Below the pieces are notes generated by a model, which was given only the letters and a program-made list of their open reading frames with translations, ran no database searches and was not told the DNA's origin. Positions 7,051 through 16,351 of a stretch of 32,000 nt of DNA are shown one piece after another. The stretch's first letter is position 1; the number at the start of each line of letters is the position of its first letter. A program made the position numbers and the translations under genes. This DNA comes from Candidatus Saccharimonas aalborgensis (GTDB taxonomy: Bacteria > Patescibacteriota > Saccharimonadia > Saccharimonadales > Saccharimonadaceae), in NCBI RefSeq assembly GCF_000392435.1, contig NC_021219.1, forward strand, positions 120,001 to 152,000, read 5' to 3'.

Positions 7051-8834
7051 AGAGGAATCTTACCTAAATCAACCATGCTATCGTATGGTTTTTTTAGTTC
7101 TATAACAGGGGTAGAGTCGTGTCCTGCTCGTAGGTTCGACACAAACTCATTACATATCGTATCAAGTACCGTGATGTCAGTGGATTGAAGGAACTCTAAC
7201 ACCTTGAATTTAGTGAGTTCGTAAAATTCTTTCTCAGTGGGCAAAGTAACGTTCAATTTAGCCAGTTCCGCCTTGTTATCTGCAACAGCTTCTTCGTAGT
7301 ATTCGATTAGTTGCTTGTGATGTTCAAGTTTGCCATTGTGGTGTTTCTTATACTCTTCCGGATCATCAACCTGGAACGTCTGATACTTGGCATACTGTCG
7401 TTCGTTCTCTTTTAGTTGTTGTGTAGCTTCAGATAGTTTGTTCTTTATTACCGCTTTATCTGATGCAATACGCTGTTCAAGGCCGTTGATATACATGCGG
7501 TATGCTTCTGTACTCTGTTTCGTGAGATGTCGTAAATGCCACTCAATACCTGCTAGTACATATTTGGCACGGATACTTTTCGAGAGTTTGATCCCACGGT
7601 TCTTTTGTTCTTGTGGGTTATGTCGTAAACAAACCCTGTTCCGGCAGTAGTAACTAATCACATACCTGCCTTTTTTCGTTCCCTTAGTTATCGGCTGGTG
7701 CTGGAATTGCATCGGAACACTACAGTAATCGCAGATCACTTTGTTACGAAGCAGACCGTAGTCTAGCTTCTGAGGCTTACTAGACTTGATCGTACTAGTT
7801 TTACCGAAGTCCTTAGATATATCAGCATTCAGGGCAATGAATTCATCAGGAGAAATAAGCGGCCTAAAGTTGTACTGATCCGTTAGTACAGTCAGTAAAT
7901 TGCCGTACTTGTACAGTCCTAAGTAGAATGGATCTGCAAAGAAATCACCAACCATTTTCTTCGTAAATTTAACCAATCTTGGACTATCATTCTCAAACTT
8001 TCGTTCTGTAAATTTATGATCTAGCAGGAACTGGGCGATCTCTGGATTATTCTTACCCTCGTATAATCGCATATCAACAGCCTTGCGAAGTAATTTCCAG
8101 TTATAATCATCCGGCATAAAGTTCCCAGTTGCTTCATCAACGTAGTAGCCTTTCTTGAGTGAACCATTGTATTTACCTTCGGAGATATTCCCGGTATTAC
8201 CACGCTTCACATCAACTGATAATTTGTCAGAGTACTGCTTTGAAGTTGCGAAGAGTATTCCCAGCATCATCTTGCCGTTCGGGTTATTCTCAAAGGCATA
8301 AGTCCGGAAGTGGAGATCCTGTATAGTCTCTTCGTCAACCATCTCAATCACTTCACCAGCTTCTTTCATGTTGCGAGACAAACGATCAGGAGACCAAGAG
8401 ATAAGCCCGTGATATTTTCCAGTTCTAAAGCCTTGCAGCATTTCATTGAATATCGGTCGATTACCGGACTTTTTAGCTGATGCATGTTCTTCGAATATGT
8501 CTTCATCTCGAATCACTGTCTTAACTGTATTGCTAGCAAGTACTAAACATTCCTTACGTTGATCATCTATCGAACGCACTTGCTTGTCTTCACTATCAGT
8601 AGACTTACGCAAATAGATTGCATACCTACGTTTTGCCGTTGGAAGTAACTGCTTGGCATTGCTGGTCGCTGCTTTAAAGTATTCAGCAAGATCATTGATG
8701 CTTCTCTCGCTACTAGTAATGGCAGTTTCTCGATATGAAGAAGTAAGGTCTTGCAGTTTTTGCAGGGCTATTAGATCAGCCTCATTTGCTAACTGTATAT
8801 CTCGTTTTTTCCGGTTAGTAGTACCCTTTGGCAT
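7038..8834 (-). CDS. Large serine recombinase (site-specific integrase)
   Basis: RRYAIYLRKSTDSEDKQVRSIDDQRKECLVLA resolvase start, ISWSPDRLSRNMKEAG catalytic-domain motif, Cys-containing recombinase domain (VICDYCSVPM...YYCRNRVCL), C-terminal coiled coil. Stop codon lies inside the 3' end of tRNA-Gln. Confidence 0.92.
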   Translation of the reverse strand: MPKGTTNRKKRDIQLANEADLIALQKLQDLTSSYRETAITSSERSINDLAEYFKAATSNAKQLLPTAKRRYAIYLRKSTDSEDKQVRSIDDQRKECLVLASNTVKTVIRDEDIFEEHASAKKSGNRPIFNEMLQGFRTGKYHGLISWSPDRLSRNMKEAGEVIEMVDEETIQDLHFRTYAFENNPNGKMMLGILFATSKQYSDKLSVDVKRGNTGNISEGKYNGSLKKGYYVDEATGNFMPDDYNWKLLRKAVDMRLYEGKNNPEIAQFLLDHKFTERKFENDSPRLVKFTKKMVGDFFADPFYLGLYKYGNLLTVLTDQYNFRPLISPDEFIALNADISKDFGKTSTIKSSKPQKLDYGLLRNKVICDYCSVPMQFQHQPITKGTKKGRYVISYYCRNRVCLRHNPQEQKNRGIKLSKSIRAKYVLAGIEWHLRHLTKQSTEAYRMYINGLEQRIASDKAVIKNKLSEATQQLKENERQYAKYQTFQVDDPEEYKKHHNGKLEHHKQLIEYYEEAVADNKAELAKLNVTLPTEKEFYELTKFKVLEFLQSTDITVLDTICNEFVSNLRAGHDSTPVIELKKPYDSMVDLGKIPLGWG

Positions 8835-8892
8835 ATATAAAATCCTTACTACTAGTGTACAAAATTTGTGCTGTAATGTAAACTATTGTTAT

Positions 8893-9075
8893 ATGAATAA
8901 TGATTTACCTGAATATCTAACTCTGCCGGAAGTCGTGAACATCCTGAAGGTACATCCGAATACACTCCGGAACTGGGATAAAGACGGAACACTTAAGGCT
9001 ATAAGGATCGGCAAGCGTAATATCAGACGCTGGAAGAAAGCTGATGTGCTGCAATTCATACAAGACAATCAATAA
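8893..9075 (+). CDS. Small HTH (MerR-like/excisionase-type) DNA-binding protein
   Basis: MNNDLPEYLTLPEVVNILKVHPNTLRNWDKDGTLKAIRIGKRNIRRWKKADVLQFIQDNQ; divergent from the recombinase. Confidence 0.8.
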   Translation: MNNDLPEYLTLPEVVNILKVHPNTLRNWDKDGTLKAIRIGKRNIRRWKKADVLQFIQDNQ

Positions 9076-9223
9076 GCTCTCAGAACAGCCAATACTCACG
9101 CATTATCCGGCTTAAATAAGCATCTTCTTTGCATTTTTATTTCATAGACGGACTTAGAGTCAACTTTTTATTTTAAACGCAAGATTCGCATCAGCGTCAG
9201 GGGCGTTTCTCGTAACTTTGATA

Positions 9224-9372
9224 TATAATCAGAGAGTCTAGATTCAACAATTAGAATAATGAAGTCAACAGACTTTTCGTTTGAACCGTAAATACGGCAA
9301 CTCCTTGCGAAAGCATTTAGGTTCAAACCTGATTGTTGAGTCTAGACAACCCTAGTAAGGGGTTGTCGTTTT
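9224..9372 (+). ncRNA. Candidate compact ncRNA with its own -10 box and intrinsic terminator
   Basis: TATAAT at 9224-9229; 19-nt outer inverted repeat (9236-9254 / 9329-9347), inner 9-bp stem GTTTGAACC/GGTTCAAAC (9279-9287 / 9320-9328), small hairpins AAGTC-AACA-GACTT and CCGT-AAAT-ACGG; terminator GACAACCC-TAGTAAG-GGGTTGTC plus T-run at 9345-9372. Confidence 0.6.
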
Positions 9373-9396
9373 TATTAGCAAGGAGTACAGCATCAT

Positions 9397-9672
9397 ATGA
9401 ATTCGTTAATCGCATACGATCCAGTAATACAAGGTGGAAGCAATTCAACTGTAGACGGTTTAAATGAAGACCGTGAACAGTACTATCAGCAACAAGCAAA
9501 TCAGAGCAACAAGCAAGAAGAGCTCAAACTTGAACAGCAAAAGCTACAGCTACAACAGCAACAGCAGGACACGAACCAACAACTCGTTATTGGTGGTTTA
9601 GTCTTAGGCGGTGTCTTAGTCATTAGTATCGCAATATACCTATTAGCAAAGACATTCAAGAAGAAAAAGTAA
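9397..9672 (+). CDS. Q/N-rich coiled-coil small protein with C-terminal TM helix and Lys tail
   Basis: 91 aa; upstream AAGGAG RBS; QQQANQSNKQEELKLEQQKLQLQQQQQDTNQQ then LVIGGLVLGGVLVISIAIYLLA-KTFKKKK. Confidence 0.65.
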   Translation: MNSLIAYDPVIQGGSNSTVDGLNEDREQYYQQQANQSNKQEELKLEQQKLQLQQQQQDTNQQLVIGGLVLGGVLVISIAIYLLAKTFKKKK

Positions 9673-9829
9673 GCTACTTAGAAGCAGTGTCATATAGTGC
9701 CAATGTATATAATTGAACATAACCAAAAACTGCTAGTTTACGCCGGATTCTCACTGTTAAACACATAAGGGTCGTATCACATGGTTATGGTATGGAGTTA
9801 TAGGAGTAATTCATTGTATAATATACCTC

Positions 9830-11755
9830 ATGACTAATCTGACAAACATCCTCGCAAAATTGACTGCACTCATCGAAAAAAACAAAGCATACATCATAGA
9901 CGGATCCTTAAATCGAAACCTACTTGCAGCTGATGCTCGTAAGTATGACCCTGAACTACTAAACCTTCTGCAGAAGGATGCTGAACTCAAAGAACACTTC
10001 TTCGCTGCTACTGATGGTGGGCTTGTATTCAAGAAAGATGTTTTCTTGCAGTTCATCATGAACAAAGAGTTTTTGCCGGATAGCTACACAAAGTACAAGA
10101 TCAAGATCGGGCTTGGAGCTGACGACGGATCACTTTTATCGGAGAGTGGAGATGTCGTTCTAAATTGGCCATATAAAGATGCGATCCTTGAAGGCGGACA
10201 GGACAAAGAAGATCAAAAACGAAGCGAAGTCTTTTTCAATGAGGTACTAGCCCCAGATCAAATTACACGCCTGTTCGATGATAAAGTTTTCACTAATTGG
10301 AAACGATACGATAAAGACGGCGAACGCGATCTCGATGAACTTAAAGACGATGACAATTTAATCATCAAAGGCAACAACCTTGTCGTGCTTCATAGTCTCA
10401 AAAAGCGATATGCCGGTAGGGTGAAAATGATCTACATAGATCCGCCTTACAATACCGGAAATGATAGTTTCGGGTATAACGACCGCTTTAATCATGCGTC
10501 TTGGCTAACATTTATGCGGAATAGGCTCAATGCAGCAAAAATGCTTCTCGCTAATGATAGTGTGCTAGCTATTCAGATCGACGATGATGAGCATGCGTAC
10601 CTCAAGGTTTTAGCAGACGAAATCCTTGGAAGAGATAACTTTGTAAAATCGATTGCACTCAAGATGTCTACAGCCTCGGGTGTTAAAACTGCTCACCGTG
10701 ACCGCACTATTTTGAAAGAGAAAGAACATATTCTCATATACAAGAGAGGTACTTTAAGGGTTACACCAGAATACATTAAGGCTGATGAGTGGGATAGTGA
10801 ATTTCAATTCGTACTCGAAGGAAAAGAATCTGGTAAGTATAAAGTTATAAAACTTAGTGAATACTTAAAGCAGAATAATATCGATGCAAATGCCAACAGT
10901 GACGAATTCAAAGAGTTCGTGATAAAAAATGCCGATATCATCTGGAGACGAGCATTCATCAGGGGTTCATGGAAGGAAAAATCACTTGCGAATCCTAGTG
11001 AAGTGATAGTCAATAAGGGAGAAAACGGGATCGCATACTACTATGGTGGTCGGCAAATGTACTTCTATAAAGAGAAATTTCATGAATTTTATGATGAGAA
11101 TACAAAAAAGTTTGGCCCGAGCAGTTTACTTGGAGATCTGTGGGCGGATATTAATACTGGGCGTATTTTTAATGAAGGCGGAGTAGAACTAAGAAACGGT
11201 AAAAAAGCAGAACAGATTCTAGCAAGGCTATTGCGAATGTTTACAAAGCCTGGCGATCTGGTGATGGATTATCATTTAGGCTCAGGAACTACCTCAGCCG
11301 TTGCTCATAAGATGGGTCGGCAATACATTGGCATTGAACAGCTCTACTATGGCGATAACGATCCTATGAATCGATTACAGAATGTCATTAACGGTGATCA
11401 GTCAGGCATTAGCAAAGGTGTAAACTGGCAAGGAGGGGGCAGCTTTGTTTATGCGAACATTATGAACAATTCGAACAAGTTCCGAAAGCGAGTTGAGGCT
11501 GCTATGAATGATTCAGATTATTTAGCTCTGTTAAAGGAAGCGACTTCGTCTTCATTCCTGAGTTACCGTGTTGATCCTAAGAAACTCAACGAAGAAGAAT
11601 TCCGGAAACTAAGTTCCGCTGAAAAACGACGGCTCCTACTTGAACTTATCGATAATAATACTCTCTACGTAAATTATGAAGACATCAATGATCCTCTATT
11701 CAAGGTGAGTGAAAAAGATAAAGAGTTTAACAAGAAGCTTTACGAAAAGAATTAA
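9830..11755 (+). CDS. mod: Type III restriction-modification system methyltransferase (Mod)
   Basis: MIYIDPPYNTGND (DPPY motif), LLANDSVLAIQIDDDEHAYLKVLADEILG, and the motif-I-like DYHLGSGTTSAVAHKMGRQYIGIE. Confidence 0.93.
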   Translation: MTNLTNILAKLTALIEKNKAYIIDGSLNRNLLAADARKYDPELLNLLQKDAELKEHFFAATDGGLVFKKDVFLQFIMNKEFLPDSYTKYKIKIGLGADDGSLLSESGDVVLNWPYKDAILEGGQDKEDQKRSEVFFNEVLAPDQITRLFDDKVFTNWKRYDKDGERDLDELKDDDNLIIKGNNLVVLHSLKKRYAGRVKMIYIDPPYNTGNDSFGYNDRFNHASWLTFMRNRLNAAKMLLANDSVLAIQIDDDEHAYLKVLADEILGRDNFVKSIALKMSTASGVKTAHRDRTILKEKEHILIYKRGTLRVTPEYIKADEWDSEFQFVLEGKESGKYKVIKLSEYLKQNNIDANANSDEFKEFVIKNADIIWRRAFIRGSWKEKSLANPSEVIVNKGENGIAYYYGGRQMYFYKEKFHEFYDENTKKFGPSSLLGDLWADINTGRIFNEGGVELRNGKKAEQILARLLRMFTKPGDLVMDYHLGSGTTSAVAHKMGRQYIGIEQLYYGDNDPMNRLQNVINGDQSGISKGVNWQGGGSFVYANIMNNSNKFRKRVEAAMNDSDYLALLKEATSSSFLSYRVDPKKLNEEEFRKLSSAEKRRLLLELIDNNTLYVNYEDINDPLFKVSEKDKEFNKKLYEKN

Positions 11756-11773
11756 CGAGGATTATCGATCATT

Positions 11774-14422
11774 ATGAATAATAATCCTCAAGACAAAATG
11801 CTTAAAAGTGACGAATACGATATCCTGAGTCGATTTCAGGGTGGTTTTACGACAGTACCTGAGCACATATCACTCAATCTTCGCCATGAACTAAGGCCAT
11901 ATCAGACGGAAGCACTCGGACGGTATTTGCATTACTACGATAGCGACAAGAATCGTGATCAAACTCGTGGCATGCAATTGCTTTTCAACATGGCAACCGG
12001 ATCCGGCAAGACGATGATCATGGCGGCACTTCTGCTTGATCTATATAAGCGTGGACAGAACAAGATCGTATTCTTTGTGAATACCACCAACATCATCGAG
12101 AAGACACGAGAGAATTTTCTCGATTCGTCTTCTAGTAAGTACCTCTTCGCTGAAAAGATTGTCATCGATGGTGAAGTTGTAAACGTTCGTGAACTAACTG
12201 ACTTTTCTGATGCACGTGATGATTCGATCAATATCGTCTTCACGACTATCCAAGGGCTACACACTACGCTCAAAGCACCTAGAGAAAACAGTTTAACGTA
12301 TGACGACCTGACTGAACATGATCTCGTACTGTTAAGCGATGAAGCACACCATTTGAACGGTGATACCAAGAAGCTAAACGCTGATGAGAAAAAAGATAAT
12401 ACTTCATGGGAGAGTACGATTAATGCCGTCATGAACGGCAACCCTATGAACCATCTCTTTGAGTTTACGGCAACGATTGATCTTGATGATAAAGAGATCT
12501 TCTACAAGTACAAGAACCGTATCATCTACCGCTACGACCTCCGAGCATTTCGTGAAGACGGCTACAGCAAAGATGTCTGGATCTATGACGTTGCAGCCGA
12601 TCTCATGGATCGTGCTATTCAAGCAATGATCATCTCACAGTACCGTAAGAAAATCGCATTGGCAGCTGGCGTCTGGCTCAAGCCGGTCATTCTCTTTAAG
12701 TCATTCAGGATCGCAGATGCAAATGACTTCTATGATGAATTTGTACTGAAGGTTAAATCAATTTCACATACTGACATTGATAAACAACGTAAGATCGCAA
12801 CCGGGATTCTCGAACGTGCATTTGCGTACTTCGATCAAGAAGGTATCAGTGGATCCGATCTTGCAGATGAACTTCGTTTCGACTTTGCGGAAGAACGACT
12901 AATATCAGTCACTAAAAAAGCTATCACCCCAGAAGATCAACAACGACTCAATTCACTGGAAGATCGGGACAATGAGATCCGTGCAGTATTTGCTGTTGAC
13001 GTGTTGGATGAAGGCTGGGATGTCTTGAACCTCTTCGATATCGTTCGCCTGTATGACACACGTGACAGCAAGAACGGACGACCCGGTAAGACAACGATGC
13101 GAGAAGCACAGTTAATCGGCCGTGGAGCCAGGTATTATCCGTTTGTATTAGATGGAGATGAAGAGAAACGATTCGTTCGGAAGTTTGATGACAATGAGCT
13201 AGAACCACTCCGTGTTATTGAGCAACTGCACTATCATTCAGCAAGTAATCCAAAATACATCCAGGAGATTCGTCAGACACTTCGTGAGACGGGTATTATG
13301 CCGGATATCAACACGGTTAAGCGTGAATTAAATCTGAAAGACTCGTTCAAGGAATCTCACACTTACAAAACGGGTGTCGTCTGGAAGAACGAGCAAGTTG
13401 AAGCCACTGCTATTCCTGAGCAGACGGTATTCCTCGGAGGAGAAGGATACAAACTGCAAGATATTTATGAGATATCTGTTCCTGTAGGCATCTCCCACGA
13501 CCGTCAGATCTTTGTAGATAATAGTGATCTCGAGGCACAAACAAGAAGCGAAGAGCATACCTTCAATGTTACGTTCTCAAGATTCCCTAAGAACCTTGTA
13601 CGTCATGCGGTGGATCGTAACAAAAAACTCCGATATGACATTGTCTCAGAAAAGATTAGTGGTCTCGTTAGTCTTGAAGGCTTCTTGACCGGAGATAAGC
13701 AGCTAGGCGGCGTTAAGATCGCCGTAACAGCTGGAGTTGATCGATACGAAAAACTTACCACAGACGAGCGTCTGTTCATCGTAGAGAAGCTGCTCGCATT
13801 AGTTGCAAATGATATTGCACTGAATGAAAAGAGCTTCGAGGGCACAAAAGAATTTAAGCCTCATCCAATCAAGGAAGTGTTTGATGAACGCATTCTTAGG
13901 AATTACACGATTACAAACAATGATGCGGAGTTCGGCATCTCACAATCTCACCCGGGTAGCTATGATCAACGAGGATCACAATACTATCTCGATCTTTCAA
14001 AAGAAGATTGGCATGTATACGATGACAACTTCGGAACATCTGAAGAAAAGAAACTTGTTCTACTCATGAAGAAACTCATCGAAGATCTCCGTGAAAAATG
14101 GGACGATATCTATCTTGTTCGCAATGAAGGATCATTCAAGATCTACGAATTTGGCAAACCTGGACGTGCTTTCGAACCTGACTATGTGCTGTTTGCAAAT
14201 GACAAACGCAACGCTTCAGTTAGCTGGCAGATATTTATTGAGCCTAAAGGTAACCACTTGATTGAGCACGATGCATGGAAACAAGACTTCTTATTGAAGC
14301 TCAGTAAGGAAGCAAAGATAGTCGGTGAAGACGCAGATACCCGAGTGATCGGAGTACCATTCTTTAATGGTGATATAGAAAAACAATCACACGTCATTGA
14401 AGAAGCTTTAAAAGCACTATAA
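11774..14422 (+). CDS. res: Type III restriction-modification system endonuclease/helicase (Res)
   Basis: NMATGSGKTMIMAALLL (Walker A), VLLSDEAHHLNGDTKK (DEAH box), FAVDVLDEGWDVLNLFDIVRLYD and QLIGRGARYYPF (motifs V/VI), C-terminal nuclease region; 18 nt after mod. Confidence 0.93.
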   Translation: MNNNPQDKMLKSDEYDILSRFQGGFTTVPEHISLNLRHELRPYQTEALGRYLHYYDSDKNRDQTRGMQLLFNMATGSGKTMIMAALLLDLYKRGQNKIVFFVNTTNIIEKTRENFLDSSSSKYLFAEKIVIDGEVVNVRELTDFSDARDDSINIVFTTIQGLHTTLKAPRENSLTYDDLTEHDLVLLSDEAHHLNGDTKKLNADEKKDNTSWESTINAVMNGNPMNHLFEFTATIDLDDKEIFYKYKNRIIYRYDLRAFREDGYSKDVWIYDVAADLMDRAIQAMIISQYRKKIALAAGVWLKPVILFKSFRIADANDFYDEFVLKVKSISHTDIDKQRKIATGILERAFAYFDQEGISGSDLADELRFDFAEERLISVTKKAITPEDQQRLNSLEDRDNEIRAVFAVDVLDEGWDVLNLFDIVRLYDTRDSKNGRPGKTTMREAQLIGRGARYYPFVLDGDEEKRFVRKFDDNELEPLRVIEQLHYHSASNPKYIQEIRQTLRETGIMPDINTVKRELNLKDSFKESHTYKTGVVWKNEQVEATAIPEQTVFLGGEGYKLQDIYEISVPVGISHDRQIFVDNSDLEAQTRSEEHTFNVTFSRFPKNLVRHAVDRNKKLRYDIVSEKISGLVSLEGFLTGDKQLGGVKIAVTAGVDRYEKLTTDERLFIVEKLLALVANDIALNEKSFEGTKEFKPHPIKEVFDERILRNYTITNNDAEFGISQSHPGSYDQRGSQYYLDLSKEDWHVYDDNFGTSEEKKLVLLMKKLIEDLREKWDDIYLVRNEGSFKIYEFGKPGRAFEPDYVLFANDKRNASVSWQIFIEPKGNHLIEHDAWKQDFLLKLSKEAKIVGEDADTRVIGVPFFNGDIEKQSHVIEEALKAL

Positions 14423-14621
14423 GCCCGGCGAAGATGCATGGGGTATGGATAATCCAAAATATACTATTTTGTATTTTTAGCCCTGTAACTTCCATACACC
14501 GCTATTGATAAGGCTTATTCCTCAGGTATAGCCTACCGTACCCCACCATGATCCAGATAATCACACTAAAATAAACCTACTCTATATATTTAGGTTCAAC
14601 ATTCTTTTCGTTAGTTATGAA

Positions 14622-14822
14622 TTACTTCTTGATCGGTTGAATATCCGGACTCGGAGCTCTTCGTGCTCGCTTACGTTCAGGGCCGTTTAGCATTATTTCA
14701 CGCTTCTTGTTTTGTTTTTTGAGATCATCAACACTCTTTGCTACCGGAGTAGTAAATACTTTATCATCCCAGTTTGATGTATCTGTAGGCGAAGTTTGAG
14801 GTGGTAGTTTGTTATCACTCAT
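14622..14822 (-). CDS. Small basic hypothetical protein
   Basis: 66 aa, basic and Pro-rich C-terminus (NGPERKRARRAPSPDIQPIKK). Confidence 0.4.
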   Translation of the reverse strand: MSDNKLPPQTSPTDTSNWDDKVFTTPVAKSVDDLKKQNKKREIMLNGPERKRARRAPSPDIQPIKK

Positions 14823-14831
14823 TAACTACTA

Positions 14832-14954
14832 TTATAACAAAAAGTCTATGCTGGAGGCACGATCAGACCTGACAGGATCCGCCAGCTTCTTATTCAAGGC
14901 CTCAATGCCTTTTTTGATGTTATTAAATTCCAACAGTAGTGCATGCAACTTCAT
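14832..14954 (-). CDS. Short ORF (40 aa), hypothetical
   Basis: MKLHALLLEFNNIKKGIEALNKKLADPVRSDRASSIDFLL, directly upstream of the 66-aa ORF on the same strand. Confidence 0.3.
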   Translation of the reverse strand: MKLHALLLEFNNIKKGIEALNKKLADPVRSDRASSIDFLL

Positions 14955-14993
14955 AATTGCAGGTTCGTTCAAAGTACCTTCTCGGCAGCCAAG

Positions 14994-15032
14994 AAAAAAC
15001 TCTGTGAGTATCTATACTTACAGAGTTTTTTC
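14994..15032. terminator. Bidirectional terminator-like hairpin
   Basis: aaaaaaCTCTGTgAGTA-tcta-TACTtACAGAGtttttt. Confidence 0.7.
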
Positions 15033-15033
15033 T

Positions 15034-15149
15034 TGGCTCATTTTTACGTCTTGCCCGAACTCATTTTGCGACCAAATGTGAGAAATGAGACTTTTCGGCG
15101 GGTCGCCCCCGACCCGAGCCGCCGAAAGTCTCATAAACGGAATTATTTT
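15034..15149. repeat. Left inverted repeat flanking the TauE/SafE gene
   Basis: TGGCTCA(T)TTTTACG..TTGCCCGAAC.CATTTTGCGACCAAATG ... CCGAAAGTCTCATAAACGGAATTATTTT; reverse complement of 16021-16094, with an extra about 40-nt hairpin insertion. Confidence 0.85.
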
Positions 15150-15249
15150 CGAAGAACAATGTGCAATTGTTTTATTTTTTCGTACCCTACTTGAGTCTAA
15201 GATTTTGTCATATAATCGTATATATGACCACATCAGATAAGAGGTTGTC

Positions 15250-15987
15250 TTGGATATAACGCTTCTATTAACTTTTTTTGTTTCGTTTATTGCAAGTGTT
15301 CTGAGTGGTATAGCAGGCGGTGGTGTCAGTTTTGTTACAACACCTTTCTGGCTTGTTATTGGTCTAACGCCCGCACAAGGGGGTGCGACTGGGGCATTTA
15401 TGGCTACCGGGATGTCCCTAGGCTCACTGGCAACCTTTAGGAAATCTGGTCATATACCAAAAGATAGAAAACTTTTTTATATTTTAGCTGTAGTGACGCT
15501 TATTGCATCTATACTAGGAGTGTTTGTAGTTCCGAAGATAGACATAAGTGTGTTTCGGACGGTACTAGCCATTATCACACTAGCCGCTTTACCCCTGCTA
15601 TTCGTAAAGCCTAGCACAAAGTACAATTTGAAAAAGTATAAAAAACTTGGATTAGCGTTAGCTGCTGGACTAATGGTAATTGGCTCTATAATCATAAGTG
15701 GAGCGTTTTCAATTCTTTTTACTTTGGTACTTGTAGTGTTCTTTGGCATGTCAGTCTTGCAAACAACTGCCATGAAGCGGCTTCTGTTTTTCCTACAATC
15801 CGTTGTGCTGCTCATTGGGTTTGCCGTACAAGGCTATCTGCTTCTACAATATGCGGCTGTAGCCTTTTTCGGGGGTATACTCGGCGCACACATAGGAACT
15901 AAATATGCAGTAAAAAAGGGTGAAAACTTCGCAAAGTATGCACTTGCAGTAATGGCATTGGTTGGAGCAATAGCGCTGCTGGTATGA
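15250..15987 (+). CDS. TauE/SafE family (sulfite exporter-like) membrane permease, TTG start
   Basis: SGIAGGGVSFVTTPFWLVIGLTPAQGGATGAFMATGMSLGSLATFRKSG and repeated TM halves. Confidence 0.85.
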   Translation: MDITLLLTFFVSFIASVLSGIAGGGVSFVTTPFWLVIGLTPAQGGATGAFMATGMSLGSLATFRKSGHIPKDRKLFYILAVVTLIASILGVFVVPKIDISVFRTVLAIITLAALPLLFVKPSTKYNLKKYKKLGLALAAGLMVIGSIIISGAFSILFTLVLVVFFGMSVLQTTAMKRLLFFLQSVVLLIGFAVQGYLLLQYAAVAFFGGILGAHIGTKYAVKKGENFAKYALAVMALVGAIALLV

Positions 15988-16020
15988 TCGTTCCGGCCAG
16001 TAGACAGTCATAGTAACAAC

Positions 16021-16094
16021 AAAATAATTCCGTTTATGAGACTTTCGGCATTTGGTCGCAAAATGGGTTCGGGCAAAGGCGTAAAAGTGAGCCA
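16021..16094. repeat. Right inverted repeat flanking the TauE/SafE gene
   Basis: AAAATAATTCCGTTTATGAGACTTTCGG...CATTTGGTCGCAAAATGGGTTCGGGCAAAGGCGTAAAAGTGAGCCA; complement of 15034-15149. Confidence 0.85.
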
Positions 16095-16135
16095 CGCTAA
16101 GAGCTCACCAATAGGTGGGCTTTTTGCGTGGCTCG
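16086..16135 (+). terminator. Nested hairpin, terminator-like
   Basis: GAGCCACGC ... AGCTCACC-AATA-GGTGGGCTTTTT ... GCGTGGCTC. Confidence 0.5.
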
Positions 16136-16144
16136 TTATTAGAA

Positions 16145-16250
16145 TCGAACACCCGAGTGAAGCATTCGGGGTGAAGATTGCCTGCGGCAATCTGCAAGGC
16201 GATGTCACCGACGAGCTATGCTCATCGGCCCGACTCGCGAGGTCGGGTTA
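16145..16250 (+). ncRNA. Second copy of the GCATTCGGRGTGAAGATTGCC...GGCAATCTGCAAGGCGATSTCAC structured motif
   Basis: Near-identical 47-48 nt block shared with 6831-6878, followed in both by a stem closed with a TRT loop (CCGA.GAGC-TAT-GCTC.TCGG versus AAATA.GC-TGT-GC.TATTT). Confidence 0.5.
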
Positions 16251-16351
16251 GTGTAACCGAATCCTCCAACTCGCTCAAGCATAACCAACATCGAACTCCA
16301 CTATTAGAGTTCTTTTGATTTGCGGTTGTTTATCTATTATTAAATTCTAGA

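Noticed and set aside
15018-15233. ORFs 15018-15233 (-), 16008-16208 (-), 16036-16251 (+)
   Set aside because: They span the inverted repeats and structured RNA; similar peptides (MRLSA..., ..GQDVKMSQ / GKGVKVSH) arise from the repeat itself.
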